64,000 bases of DNA from Acidimicrobiia bacterium (GTDB lineage: Bacteria; Actinomycetota; Acidimicrobiia; IMCC26256; JANYLB01): the NCBI GenBank assembly GCA_035646535.1, contig DASRPD010000051.1:12189-76188 (forward strand). Reading direction: 5' to 3'. Position numbers and translations under genes: made by a program. The notes beneath the pieces were generated by a model. The model searched no databases. It was not told the DNA's origin and worked only from the letters and a program-made list of their open reading frames with translations. Below, piece by piece: positions 55,112-64,000 of the stretch (the first letter of the stretch is position 1; every line of letters starts with the position of its first letter).

Positions 55112-56485
55112 GTGCCGCGTCCTTCGCGCCGCGCGGTCGTGGCTGCGGTCGTGACGGCAACCGCGCTCTTCTTGACCGGCGTCTCGATCCCCCGGTCGGC
55201 GACCGCTGGAACCGCCACGGCACAAGATCAGTCCCGCTCACAGTACTGGGTGGCGACGTTCGTCGAGCGCGCCGACCTGCGAGCCGCGCTCGACGAGACG
55301 AACTGGGTCCGCCGGGGTCGGTTGGCGGTGCGCGCGCTGCGGCGCGCGTACCGAACGGCCGATGCCCGGCCACGGGTCCGCCGCCTCCTGCGCGGGCACG
55401 ACGCGGCGGCGACCCCGTTGTGGATCGCGAACGCGGTGCTGTTTCGGGCTTCGAAGCCGATCGCGGACGAGGTGGCACGCATCGTGGGAGTCAGCGAGGT
55501 CGTGGGAGGGCGTGACCTCGACCTCGAGGCCGAGCTGACCACCGCGACCGCCCGGCCCGTCGGCACCCCGACGGCTGCTCCGGCCAACCTCCTCGCCGCT
55601 CACGTCCCCGACGCACGCGTGGCCGGCCTCACCGGAGCCGGCGTCGTCATCGGGATCGTCGACACCGGCGTCGACGCCACCCACCCCGACCTCGCGACCA
55701 GCTACCGCGCCGAGGGCGGCTGGTTCGATCCCTCGGGACGATGCCCCGACGATCCGTGTGACGGCAGCGGGCACGGCACCGCGGTCGCCGGGGTCGCGGT
55801 GGGCGAACGGACCGGCGTGGCGCCGGGGGCACATTGGATCGCCGCTCGTGGGTGCAGTGATACGCGCTGCACCCTGGCATCGCTGCTCGAGTCGCTGCAG
55901 TTCATGCTCGCTCCCGACGCCGGCCACGGCGACGGCCCGGATCCCGATCTGCGCCCCGACGTGATCAACAACTCCTGGTCGATTCCCGAGCCGAGCACGG
56001 CCCTCGGACGCGCCATGACCTCGATCTACGCAGCAGGGATCCTCAGCGTGTTCGCAGCGGGCAACACCGGTCCGGGATGCGCAACGGTCAGCTACCCCGC
56101 GTCACAGCCCGAGGTCGTCGCCGTCGGCGCGACCGACGATGCGGGGATCGTGGCCCGGTTCTCCGCCCGGGGACCCGGGCCGCTCGGCCCTGAGCCCACC
56201 CTCGTGGCACCCGGGGTCGACGTTGTCACCACCGCGATCAGCGGCGGCTACGCCTCGGTGTCGGGAACGTCGATGGCGGCCCCCGAGGTGAGCGGAACCT
56301 ACGCGCTCACCATCCAGGCTGCGCCGAGCCACCAGGGCAGCAATGCCCTGCACCGAAGCCTGATCACGGCGTCGGGTGGCCGGCCGGAGTCCGACTGCGA
56401 CACCCCCGGCGTGCCCAACTCGGCGTACGGGTACGGGCTCCTCGACGCGGTCGCCTCGGTACAGGCCGCCGAAGCCCTCGGCTGA
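55112..56485 (+). CDS. Secreted S8-family (subtilisin-like) serine peptidase
   Basis: In frame with ORF 54965..56485. The start is uncertain: GTG 55112 gives VPRPSRRAVVAAVVTATALFLTG, a signal peptide. Catalytic triad blocks: IVDTGVD, GHGTAVAG, GTSMAAP. Confidence 0.85.
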   Translation: MPRPSRRAVVAAVVTATALFLTGVSIPRSATAGTATAQDQSRSQYWVATFVERADLRAALDETNWVRRGRLAVRALRRAYRTADARPRVRRLLRGHDAAATPLWIANAVLFRASKPIADEVARIVGVSEVVGGRDLDLEAELTTATARPVGTPTAAPANLLAAHVPDARVAGLTGAGVVIGIVDTGVDATHPDLATSYRAEGGWFDPSGRCPDDPCDGSGHGTAVAGVAVGERTGVAPGAHWIAARGCSDTRCTLASLLESLQFMLAPDAGHGDGPDPDLRPDVINNSWSIPEPSTALGRAMTSIYAAGILSVFAAGNTGPGCATVSYPASQPEVVAVGATDDAGIVARFSARGPGPLGPEPTLVAPGVDVVTTAISGGYASVSGTSMAAPEVSGTYALTIQAAPSHQGSNALHRSLITASGGRPESDCDTPGVPNSAYGYGLLDAVASVQAAEALG

Positions 56486-56568
56486 GTCGAAGCCGCCGGC
56501 ATCGGCGACGGAACCGGCTGCCAGGCGATCCGGACGCGACAGACCGAGATTCGAGCTGAGGCAGTGAG

Positions 56569-57816
56569 CTACGGCTGCTCGGGCTGACCCGCGTCGCTGC
56601 GGGGACGCGCCGCGGGCCGAGGATGACCGGAACCGGCAACCTCACGCGCCGTGATCGGCGCACGGCTCGGCGGCGGCTCGGGAACGACGCCGGGGACCGG
56701 TACGACCGTCGGGTCGGGCGCGCTGAGCGGCTCGGGCACGGCGGGTTCGGGTGTGTCGATCTCCCCACGAGGGCGCTCGCCTGCTCCCTCCGCGGCCTGG
56801 TCAGAGGCCGATCGATCGTGTTGCAACAGCTCGATGACCACAACGGCGCCGAGGGTGGCAACGCCGAGCGCGACGACGATCCACATCCAGTCACGCAGGG
56901 AGTCGGCGACCGCGTCGAAGAGCGCCGCCATCGCGTCGCGCGTGCTGCGGCGTCCGAAGTCGCCGAGGTAGGCCACCCGCAGCCACGCGAGCGCGCCGAG
57001 ACCGAGACCGCAGGTGATGACGATCCCCGCGGCAGCCACACCGACCGTGCGGCGCCGCCGGACATCGACCGCGATGCCCCCGGCGAACAGACCGACCACC
57101 GCGAGAGGAACCCAGTAGCCGAGGTCGTCGAGGACTCCGAACAGGCCGCTGACCGTCGAGGTGTCTTCACGATCGAGCAGGACGATGTTGTCACCGGTCG
57201 TCGACGCGGGCAGCGCCGCCGCGAGCGGCGCGGGCAGCCGAGCGACGACCGCGTCGACGAACGAGTCGAGATCCAAGACCACTCGGCCGCGCCGGAGAGC
57301 GAGGGCGGACCCGTCCTTGCCGTCGGCCAGCGCCACGACGTCCGAATGGGCAGACCGGAGAGCCGACTCCCAGAGCGACTGGAACGAATCCGACGCGATC
57401 ACCGATCGCGTCGCGCTGCGCACCGCCGAGCGGGTCACCCCGGGCGCGATCTGGCTCAGGGGGAGCCCGGATACTTGATCCAGCTCGGTGAGGAGCGCGT
57501 CGCTCACTTGATTCGACACCTCACGCTGCACTGCCGGATCGGCGGCGACCGACGAACCCGCCGCGACGAACCGGTCAGTGTCGAGGAGCTGATACTGCAA
57601 CCAGACGCTCGAAAGCGCCACGGGCACCAACAAGGCCCCGATGACCACGAGCGCGAAGCCCACGACGGGCCGGACCACATGCCGCCGGGCGGCAACACGC
57701 CCCGAAGTCGGGGTCGACCCCGCACCGGTCTGCACGATGACGACATCGGCACGAATCGCCGTGGCCTGAACCGTGCGGACGAGACCCGCCCGGGCGGCTC
57801 TACGATGCGCCTCCAT
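56569..57816 (-). CDS. Integral membrane protein of unknown function with Pro-rich C-terminal tail
   Basis: Distal part of ORF 56569..57990. It has 4-5 TM helices (VVGFALVVIGALLVPVAL, YWVPLAVVGLFAGGIAV, VGVAAAGIVITCGLGLGALAW, WMWIVVALGVATLGAVVVI). The start is uncertain and the upstream part of the ORF is probably not coding. Confidence 0.55.
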   Translation of the reverse strand: MEAHRRAARAGLVRTVQATAIRADVVIVQTGAGSTPTSGRVAARRHVVRPVVGFALVVIGALLVPVALSSVWLQYQLLDTDRFVAAGSSVAADPAVQREVSNQVSDALLTELDQVSGLPLSQIAPGVTRSAVRSATRSVIASDSFQSLWESALRSAHSDVVALADGKDGSALALRRGRVVLDLDSFVDAVVARLPAPLAAALPASTTGDNIVLLDREDTSTVSGLFGVLDDLGYWVPLAVVGLFAGGIAVDVRRRRTVGVAAAGIVITCGLGLGALAWLRVAYLGDFGRRSTRDAMAALFDAVADSLRDWMWIVVALGVATLGAVVVIELLQHDRSASDQAAEGAGERPRGEIDTPEPAVPEPLSAPDPTVVPVPGVVPEPPPSRAPITAREVAGSGHPRPAARPRSDAGQPEQP

Positions 57817-58519
57817 GGCAAGACTCGCTGTGATCGGTGGCCATGGGACCCTGCGCGCCGCTCTCGGCGCGGGTGCTCGTCGGTTCGACCAGGACGGGGT
57901 CGCCCTGCTCGAGGTGGACGACGTCATCGTGTTGGAGCGCCACGGGCTGGACGACTTCACGCCGGCGCATCGGATCGACCACGCCCGCAACCTCGCGGCG
58001 CTCGCCGCGCTCGACTGCCGGCACGTGCTCGGTCTGTCGTCGGTGGGCAGCCTGCGGCTCGACTGGCCGGTAGGTAGCGTGGTGGTTCCCGACGACTTCT
58101 ACGCGCCGCTCGTGACGCCGTCGCGTTTCGCCGACGAGCGCGGCCACCGTGTCCCCGGTTTCGACGCGAGGTTCCGCCGGCTCGTCATCGACACGTGGCG
58201 CCACGCGACGTCGACTCCTGTTCGCGACGGGGGTGTGTACGCGCAGACGACGGGGCCTCGCTTCGAGACCCCTGTCGAGGTGCGGGCCTTGGCGCAGGTC
58301 GCGGACCTGGTGGGTATGACCGCGGCATCCGAGTGCGTGCTCACGCCGGAGTTCGGGCTCTCGTACGCGTCGGTCTGTGTGATCGACAACCTCGGGAATG
58401 GGCTCGAGGTCGATCGTCTGACGTTGGAGCGGTACCGCGTCGGCGTGGCTGAGAACAGTGAACGCCTTGCCGGCGATCTCCGCGCGGTCGTCGCCGGCCT
58501 CTCGAGCGCGCCGGAATGA
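57815..58519 (+). CDS. Purine/5'-methylthio-nucleoside phosphorylase (MTAP family, short form)
   Basis: ATG 57815, in frame with ORF 57773..58519. Blocks: MARLAVIGGHG, LERHG, AHRIDHARNLAAL, GVYAQTTGPRFET..E, VGMT...E. Confidence 0.75.
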   Translation: MARLAVIGGHGTLRAALGAGARRFDQDGVALLEVDDVIVLERHGLDDFTPAHRIDHARNLAALAALDCRHVLGLSSVGSLRLDWPVGSVVVPDDFYAPLVTPSRFADERGHRVPGFDARFRRLVIDTWRHATSTPVRDGGVYAQTTGPRFETPVEVRALAQVADLVGMTAASECVLTPEFGLSYASVCVIDNLGNGLEVDRLTLERYRVGVAENSERLAGDLRAVVAGLSSAPE

Positions 58520-59778
58520 GCCTCGTCGTTCGCGACGTCACCTTCGCGGGCGAGACCGTATCGCTGCGCGCCACCGACGGCGTGATCGCCGAGCTCGGCG
58601 CGACCGTCACCGTCGAACCCGACGACGACATCATCGACGCCGCGCGTCTCACGCTCACCCCGGGCCTGGTCAACGGCCACACCCACGCCGCGATGACCCT
58701 GCTCCGCGGCTACGGCGACGACCTCCCGCTCATGGAATGGCTGCGCACGAAGATCTGGCCGGCCGAAGCGCGCCTGACAGCAGAGGACGTGTACTGGGGG
58801 ACACGGCTCGCCGCACTCGAGATGATCCGGTCGGGCACGGTGATGTTCTGGGACATGTACTGGCACTCCTTCGAGGCTGCTCAGGCGGTCGCCGACGCGG
58901 GCCTGCGCGCGTCGATCAGCATGACCGTCATCGAGGCGGCCGACGCTCCCGAGTGGAACCGGATCGAAGGCGTGGCCGATGGTCTCGCCCGTCTCTCGGA
59001 GTATGGACCGCGCGTCACTCCGTCGATCTCGGCTCACGCCATCTACACGGTGAGTCGGGCGTCGCTGGAGCGGATCGCCGAGCTCGGCGCCACGCACGAC
59101 GTACCACTGCAGATCCACCTCTCGGAGACGCGCGGCGAGGTCGAGGACTGTCTCCGAGACCACGGCACGTCACCGACCGCCTACCTGGACGAGGTCGGGT
59201 TCCTCAGTGACCGTACGGTGTTGAGCCACGCAGTCTGGCTGGACGATGCCGAGCTTGATCTGGTGGCGAGTCGACAGACGACGATCGTGACCAACCCCGC
59301 GTCGAACATGAAGCTCGCGACCGGTGCGGCGTTCCCGTACGCGGGCGCCCGGGCTCGGGGCATCCCGATCGGCATCGGCACCGACAGCGCGGCGTCCAAC
59401 AACTCGCTCGACGTGCTGCAGGAGATCAAGCTGCTCGCACTGCTGCAGAAGCACGCCTCCGCCGACCCGGCGACCCTCCCGGCGGCCGAGGCCTGGGCGA
59501 TCGCGACGGGCATGGCTTCGCCCCGGCTCGGCGGGCACGCGATCGCCGTCGGCGCCCCGGCCGACTTCCTGCTCGTCGACCTCGCCACGGCGGAGAACCG
59601 GCCCGCGGGAGAGGCCGCCGGACTCGTGTACTCGGCCACCGGCGCGGTCGTGGACACCGTCGTGGTCGACGGTCGCGTGTTGATGCGCGGCCGTCACGTG
59701 CCGGGCGCCGAGGAGGTCATCGCGCGCGCGACGGAGTGCGCGGCCCGGCTGCGTGCCGAGCCCGACCACACCCCCTAG
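58516..59778 (+). CDS. mtaD: Amidohydrolase, 5'-methylthioadenosine/S-adenosylhomocysteine deaminase-like
   Basis: ORF 58516..59778; start overlaps the phosphorylase stop (ATGA). Blocks: PGLVNGHTHAAMTLLRG..DD.PLMEWL, HLSET, SHAVW, NP.SNMKLA.G, IGTDSAASNNSLD. Confidence 0.8.
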   Translation: MSLVVRDVTFAGETVSLRATDGVIAELGATVTVEPDDDIIDAARLTLTPGLVNGHTHAAMTLLRGYGDDLPLMEWLRTKIWPAEARLTAEDVYWGTRLAALEMIRSGTVMFWDMYWHSFEAAQAVADAGLRASISMTVIEAADAPEWNRIEGVADGLARLSEYGPRVTPSISAHAIYTVSRASLERIAELGATHDVPLQIHLSETRGEVEDCLRDHGTSPTAYLDEVGFLSDRTVLSHAVWLDDAELDLVASRQTTIVTNPASNMKLATGAAFPYAGARARGIPIGIGTDSAASNNSLDVLQEIKLLALLQKHASADPATLPAAEAWAIATGMASPRLGGHAIAVGAPADFLLVDLATAENRPAGEAAGLVYSATGAVVDTVVVDGRVLMRGRHVPGAEEVIARATECAARLRAEPDHTP

Positions 59779-59788
59779 TCTCGGACCC

Positions 59789-61024
59789 GTGGTGAGCATC
59801 GACGAGATCAAGCTGGGTGACATCGAGTTCTGGGGGCGGGCGGAGCCCGAGCGCGAAGCTGCATTCCGACTGCTGCGTGACGAAGCCCCGATCTCGTTCC
59901 ACGAGGAACCGGTCATCGAAGGCTTCGGCCAGGGTCCGGGATTCTGGGCGTTGACCCGCTTCGACGACGTCGTGCACGCCAGCCGCCATGCCGAGCTGTT
60001 CTGCTCGGGCCGGGGCGGTTCGAACATCGGTGACATTCCGAGCGAGCTCGGCGAGTTCCTCGGCAGCATCATCAACATGGACGATCCGCGGCACGCGCGA
60101 ATGCGCCGGCTGGTGAGCAACGGGTTCACACCCAAGGCGCTGAACGAGGTCCTGGACACAGTGCGCGCGGTGGCGCGCGACGTTGTCGCGGACGTCACCG
60201 AACGCGGTGAGTGCGACTTCGTGGCCGACATCGCCTCCCAGCTTCCGCTGCGGATCGTCTGCGACATGGTCGGATTGCCGGCCGAGGAACGCGCGACCGT
60301 CTACGACCAGTCGAACATCATCCTCGGTCTCGGAGATGCCGAGTTCGTGAACTCCATCGAGGATCTCATGGGCGCGTTCCTCACGCTCCACCAGATGGCG
60401 ATGGAGCTGGGACAGGCCCGCCTCGACCAACCCGCGGACGACATCGCGACGACGCTCATGCATGCAGAGGTCGACGGCGAGCGGCTCAGCATCGTCGAGT
60501 TCGCGTCGTTCTTCATCCTGCTCGTCGTCGCGGGCAACGAGACAACCCGCACGGCGATCAGCCACGGCATGCTGCAACTCAGCCGCAACCCCGACCAGCG
60601 CCAGTTGCTGCTCGACGACTACGCGACCCACGCGATCGACGCAGTCGAAGAGATCGTCCGCTGGGCGACCCCGGTCATCCATTTCCGACGCACCGCGACC
60701 TGTGACACCGAGATCTCCGGCCACCCCATCGCCGAAGGTGAGAAGGTCGTCATGTGGTTCAACTCGGCGAACCGCGACGAGCGCGCGTTCACCGATCCCT
60801 CCCGATTCGATGTCACCCGCTCACCCAACCAGCACGTCGGCTATGGAGGCGGTGGGCCCCACTTCTGCCTCGGTGCCAATCTCGCCCGGCGCGAGATCTC
60901 GGTGATGTTCGAGGAGCTGTTCCGCCGGCTGCCCGACATCGAGATCAGCGGCGAACCCGACATGCTCCAGTCGAGCTTCATCCACGGCATCAAGCGGATG
61001 CCGTGCACCTTCACACCGGCCTAG
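59789..61024 (+). CDS. Cytochrome P450, CYP125-like family (paralogue of 51411..52661)
   Basis: GTG 59789, in frame with ORF 59753..61024. I-helix VVAGNETTR, EEIVR, heme loop YGGGGPHFCLGANLAR, tail LQSSFIHGIKRMPCTF. Confidence 0.85.
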   Translation: MVSIDEIKLGDIEFWGRAEPEREAAFRLLRDEAPISFHEEPVIEGFGQGPGFWALTRFDDVVHASRHAELFCSGRGGSNIGDIPSELGEFLGSIINMDDPRHARMRRLVSNGFTPKALNEVLDTVRAVARDVVADVTERGECDFVADIASQLPLRIVCDMVGLPAEERATVYDQSNIILGLGDAEFVNSIEDLMGAFLTLHQMAMELGQARLDQPADDIATTLMHAEVDGERLSIVEFASFFILLVVAGNETTRTAISHGMLQLSRNPDQRQLLLDDYATHAIDAVEEIVRWATPVIHFRRTATCDTEISGHPIAEGEKVVMWFNSANRDERAFTDPSRFDVTRSPNQHVGYGGGGPHFCLGANLARREISVMFEELFRRLPDIEISGEPDMLQSSFIHGIKRMPCTFTPA

Positions 61025-61091
61025 CCGGAGACGACACCCAGCTCCGAAACCGCCGGCGCTTGCCCACGCGCTCCGACGCGACGAGTTGACC

Positions 61092-61658
61092 TCAGGCGCG
61101 GGCGCGTTCGCCGGCTCGGCGCAGGCCGAAGGCCAGCATGATCTGCACGAGCCCGGCGATGATCGCGTAGATCCCGATCAAGATGAGCACGACGTAAGCC
61201 GTCTTGCGCGGCCAGACCAGTGCCCCGATACCCACGACCGCCTCGACCACTCCGATCGTGAGGAGCCAGCCCCAGCCCTCGTCGCGGAACACGAGGGAAC
61301 CGATGATCCGCGCCAGGCCGCCGATGAGGATCGTGATGCCGAAGATGACGGCGATCGCGAGGATCGTCACGCCGGGCCACGCGATCGCGACGATCCCGCC
61401 GACGACCAGAACGAGCCCGAAGATCACACTCACCGCGCGTGAACCGCCGGTCTGATCACCGACCGCGGCCTCGATGATGCCGCTGAAGACCAGGAAGGCA
61501 CCGACGATCACGGCGACGACACGTTCACCGGCGGCAACGTCGAAGAGCAGGACGATGCCGAAGCCCAGGAAGACCACGCCCACGATCAGCACGATCCCCC
61601 ACACACTCGACACTTCACGCATCATGGCGCGCGACTCAGAGGGCGTCATCGGTTCCAT
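61092..61658 (-). CDS. HdeD/DUF308-family membrane protein
   Basis: Distal part of ORF 61092..61856; start taken at ATG 61658. Six TM helices with repeating G-rich DUF308 units: GIVLIVGVVFLGFGIVLL, GLVLVVGGIVAIAWPG, LLTIGVVEAVVGIGALVWP. Confidence 0.7.
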   Translation of the reverse strand: MEPMTPSESRAMMREVSSVWGIVLIVGVVFLGFGIVLLFDVAAGERVVAVIVGAFLVFSGIIEAAVGDQTGGSRAVSVIFGLVLVVGGIVAIAWPGVTILAIAVIFGITILIGGLARIIGSLVFRDEGWGWLLTIGVVEAVVGIGALVWPRKTAYVVLILIGIYAIIAGLVQIMLAFGLRRAGERARA

Positions 61659-61713
61659 GACCGAAGGGTGACGGACGCACGCGACAGTGTCAACGACCCG
61701 ACACCGCCATAGC

Positions 61714-62538
61714 ATGCGCGCCATGGTGCGCGTCGTGGATCCCGGGCTCGTGGAGCAATTCGACCGTGACGGGTTCGTGGTGGTCCCCGACCTGTTGACC
61801 GACGACGAGCTCGACCACTTCGGAACGGCCGTCGACGCAGCCGTTGCACACCGCACGCGTCACGACCACCGCCCGCTCGCCGAGAGGAGTCGGTACGAGC
61901 AGTGCTTCCGCCAGTGTCAGAACCTCTGGGACGATCGCCCCGACGTGCTCCCACTCACCTTCCACCCGACCCTCGGCCAGGCCGCCGCCGAGCTGCTCGG
62001 CTGTGACGCGGTGCGCCTCTGGCACGACCAGGCGCTCTACAAGGAGCGCGGCGGTCGCCCGACCGACGCCCACCAGGACCACGGGTACTGGCCGATTCGC
62101 GAGACCGACCAGGTGACCGCGTGGATCCCGTTCGACGGCTCGACGCGCGCCGCGGGCGCGCTCGCGTATGTGCCCGGATCCCACCGGATCGGCCTCGACC
62201 AGTTCGTGGACATCTTCGGGATCTTCACCGCCGAGCCCGAGGACATCCTGAACCACCCCGACGTGGCTGGGCGCGACCCCGTCGTGGTCGAGGTCCCGCG
62301 GGGTTCGGTCGCGTTCCACCACGGGCTGACCGTCCATCTCTCCGAGCCCAACACCAGCGACCGAGTGCGTCGCGCGCACACCGTCATCTACCTGCGTGAC
62401 GGCTGTACTCGCAGGGGGCCGATCCCGCACCCGTCGGTCGACCGTGCCGGGGTCGCCGCCGGCGACCCGATCGTCAGCGACGTCACACCGATCGTTTGGC
62501 CCCGCGACGCCGGCGATCTCCCCCACCCTCCTGACTGA
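61714..62538 (+). CDS. Phytanoyl-CoA dioxygenase (PhyH)-family Fe(II)/2-oxoglutarate oxygenase
   Basis: ORF 61687..62538; start ATG 61714 or 61723. Blocks: FDRDGFVVVPDLL, HxD in HQDHGYWP, AWIPFD, and distal His in FHHGLTVHLS.PN.S...R. Confidence 0.75.
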   Translation: MRAMVRVVDPGLVEQFDRDGFVVVPDLLTDDELDHFGTAVDAAVAHRTRHDHRPLAERSRYEQCFRQCQNLWDDRPDVLPLTFHPTLGQAAAELLGCDAVRLWHDQALYKERGGRPTDAHQDHGYWPIRETDQVTAWIPFDGSTRAAGALAYVPGSHRIGLDQFVDIFGIFTAEPEDILNHPDVAGRDPVVVEVPRGSVAFHHGLTVHLSEPNTSDRVRRAHTVIYLRDGCTRRGPIPHPSVDRAGVAAGDPIVSDVTPIVWPRDAGDLPHPPD

Positions 62539-62595
62539 ACCCACCGGCGCGCCGACGACCATCGAGCGCCCCATTCCGGCCGGTACCGTGCTCCC

Positions 62596-63879
62596 GTGAA
62601 GCTCCCCGCGTCGCTCGCTCCGCTGCGGCACCGCCCGTTCGCGCTGTTGTGGGGCGGTGCGTTCGTCTCCAACATCGGGACGTGGATGGAAGCGGTCGGG
62701 GTGGGCATCCTCGTCACCGAGACGACGGGCCAAGCCGGTTGGACAGGGCTCGTCGCGGCGGCAAGCTTCGCGCCCGCAGCCGTCATCGGACCCATCGGGG
62801 GCGCGCTCGCTGATCGTCTCCCCCGGCGTCGGCTGCTCCTGGCCACGTCGTCGGTGCAGGCCGGGCTCGCGGCGCTCCTCGCGGTCCTCACGTTCTCGGG
62901 CACACCGTCGCCCGGGCTGGTCACCCTCATCGTGTTGTGCGCCGGGGGCGTGCAGGCCCTCGGCTTCCCGTCGTACCAGGCAATGCTGCCGGATCTCGTG
63001 CCCGAGGAAGACCTCGTGGGGGCGGTGGCCCTCTCGTCGGCGCAATGGAACCTCGGCCGGGTGATCGGCCCCGCGCTCGCCGGCGTCGTGATCGCCGCCG
63101 GAAGCTACTCATGGGCGTTCACGATCAACGCGGCGAGCTTCATCGCGGTGATCGTCGTCCTCGTGCTCATTCGCCTCCCGCCTCCCGCGCGTCACGACGG
63201 CACTGGCATCCTGAGGGCGATCGGCGACGGGCTGGGTTATGTGCGGCGCGACCCTACGATCAGCAGGGTCGTCGCATACATGGCCCTCAACTCCCTGCTC
63301 GCGGCACCGTTCATCGCGCTCATCCCCGCGATGGCGATCACCGTGTTGCACTCCGGAGCCGGGGGCACCTCAGCCCTCGTGACTGCGCAGGGCATCGGCG
63401 CAGTCGCCATGGCGTTGTCGCTCGGCATCCTCGCGGCAAAGTTCGGTTCGGCGCGGGTCCTCTCCGCGGTGTTGTGGATCTTGCCGATATCGCTCATCGC
63501 GTATGCCCTTGCGCCGAACCTCCCCGCGTCGGCGCTGGCCCTCATCGTCGTCGGCTTCTTCTATCTCGGTGCCCTGTCGAGCTTCATGAGCATCGCCCAG
63601 CTCCGATCTCCTCCCGAGCTTCGGGGACGCGTCATGAGCGTGCTCATGACGCTGCTCGGCTTGGTCTATCCGCTCGGCGCGCTGGTCCAGGGCGAGCTCG
63701 CTGACCGGCTCGGCCTCCGAGCCGTGACCGCAGGCGCCGCGATCCTCATGGTGATCGTCCTGGCAGGGGCGCGCATCGTGTTCGGCGACCTCGCCACCAC
63801 CGCCGACGGATCTGACCTGCTCGCGGCCGGAGAGATACCGTCGATCGACCAGCCCGAGCTAGGAGAGCCGCCATGGTGA
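62596..63879 (+). CDS. MFS transporter (EntS/MFS_3-like)
   Basis: ORF 62596..63879 (GTG start). 12 predicted TM helices. Blocks: FALLWGGAFVSNIGTWM and GGALADRLPRRRLL. Confidence 0.8.
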   Translation: MKLPASLAPLRHRPFALLWGGAFVSNIGTWMEAVGVGILVTETTGQAGWTGLVAAASFAPAAVIGPIGGALADRLPRRRLLLATSSVQAGLAALLAVLTFSGTPSPGLVTLIVLCAGGVQALGFPSYQAMLPDLVPEEDLVGAVALSSAQWNLGRVIGPALAGVVIAAGSYSWAFTINAASFIAVIVVLVLIRLPPPARHDGTGILRAIGDGLGYVRRDPTISRVVAYMALNSLLAAPFIALIPAMAITVLHSGAGGTSALVTAQGIGAVAMALSLGILAAKFGSARVLSAVLWILPISLIAYALAPNLPASALALIVVGFFYLGALSSFMSIAQLRSPPELRGRVMSVLMTLLGLVYPLGALVQGELADRLGLRAVTAGAAILMVIVLAGARIVFGDLATTADGSDLLAAGEIPSIDQPELGEPPW

Positions 63880-64000
63880 TCGAACGCGAGACGCACGGAC
63901 AGACCGCGGTGTTACGAATCAACCGACCCGAAGCGCGCAACGCGGTCAACCGCGAGGTCGCCGAGGGGATGGAAGCCGCACTCGATGCCGCCGAGGCCGA
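63873..64000 (+). CDS. Enoyl-CoA hydratase/isomerase (crotonase) family protein, 5' part only
   Basis: ATG 63873 overlaps the MFS stop. Manual translation: MVIERETHGQTAVLRINRPEARNAVNREVAEGMEAALDAAEA..., a typical crotonase N-terminus. The gene runs off the window. Confidence 0.7.
   Translation, partial: MVIERETHGQTAVLRINRPEARNAVNREVAEGMEAALDAAEA

Noticed and set aside
58516-59778. The deaminase as aminodeoxyfutalosine deaminase of the futalosine menaquinone pathway
   Set aside because: The window already contains a complete classical men pathway (menFDHCEBAG). Its operon partner is an MTAP-family phosphorylase, which points to MTA salvage instead.

Overview
High-GC (roughly 70%) actinobacterial-type chromosomal segment, densely coding on both strands: about 60 intact protein genes plus several decayed ones. 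I found no rRNA, tRNA, CRISPR array, transposase, integrase or phage genes. In order, the window holds: (1) the distal part of a Liv-type ABC uptake operon with an embedded acyl-CoA ligase; (2) a patch of gene remnants; (3) a Tat-exported flavin amine oxidase; (4) a broken hydrolase-cyclase gene; (5) a group of exported or membrane proteins (EEP lipoprotein, dimethylformamidase-like protein, YceI/heme-c/copper-monooxygenase fusion, TolB-like propeller); (6) a complete classical menaquinone cluster (menE | menB-menA-menC | menH | menD | menF-menG-merR); (7) an LLM/thioesterase/thioesterase/reductase operon behind a KstR-type operator; (8) a single-polypeptide ABC exporter; (9) assorted F420/FAD redox genes; (10) a TPP riboswitch driving thiamine pyrophosphokinase plus thiBPQ; (11) a two-component system with ribB; (12) pdxH; (13) a lipid/steroid-type catabolic block (FadE, LLM, FadD, two CYP125-like P450s, a KstR-like TetR, flavin reductase); (14) an S8 protease; (15) an MTA phosphorylase/deaminase pair; (16) HdeD, PhyH, MFS and crotonase genes. 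I did not find a defence island or an obviously new multi-gene system. The most unusual items are: a circularly permuted Tat-exported amine oxidase; a membrane-anchored YceI + CxxCH + PHM/DBH-type copper monooxygenase fusion; a perfect 69-bp tandem repeat that re-creates the 3' end and stop codon of a flavin reductase gene; a KstR-type operator in front of an uncharacterised operon; and a high density of decayed genes (two or three truncated remnants, one internal deletion, one frameshift, one Trp-to-amber change). All family assignments come from reading the translated motifs. No database search was run.
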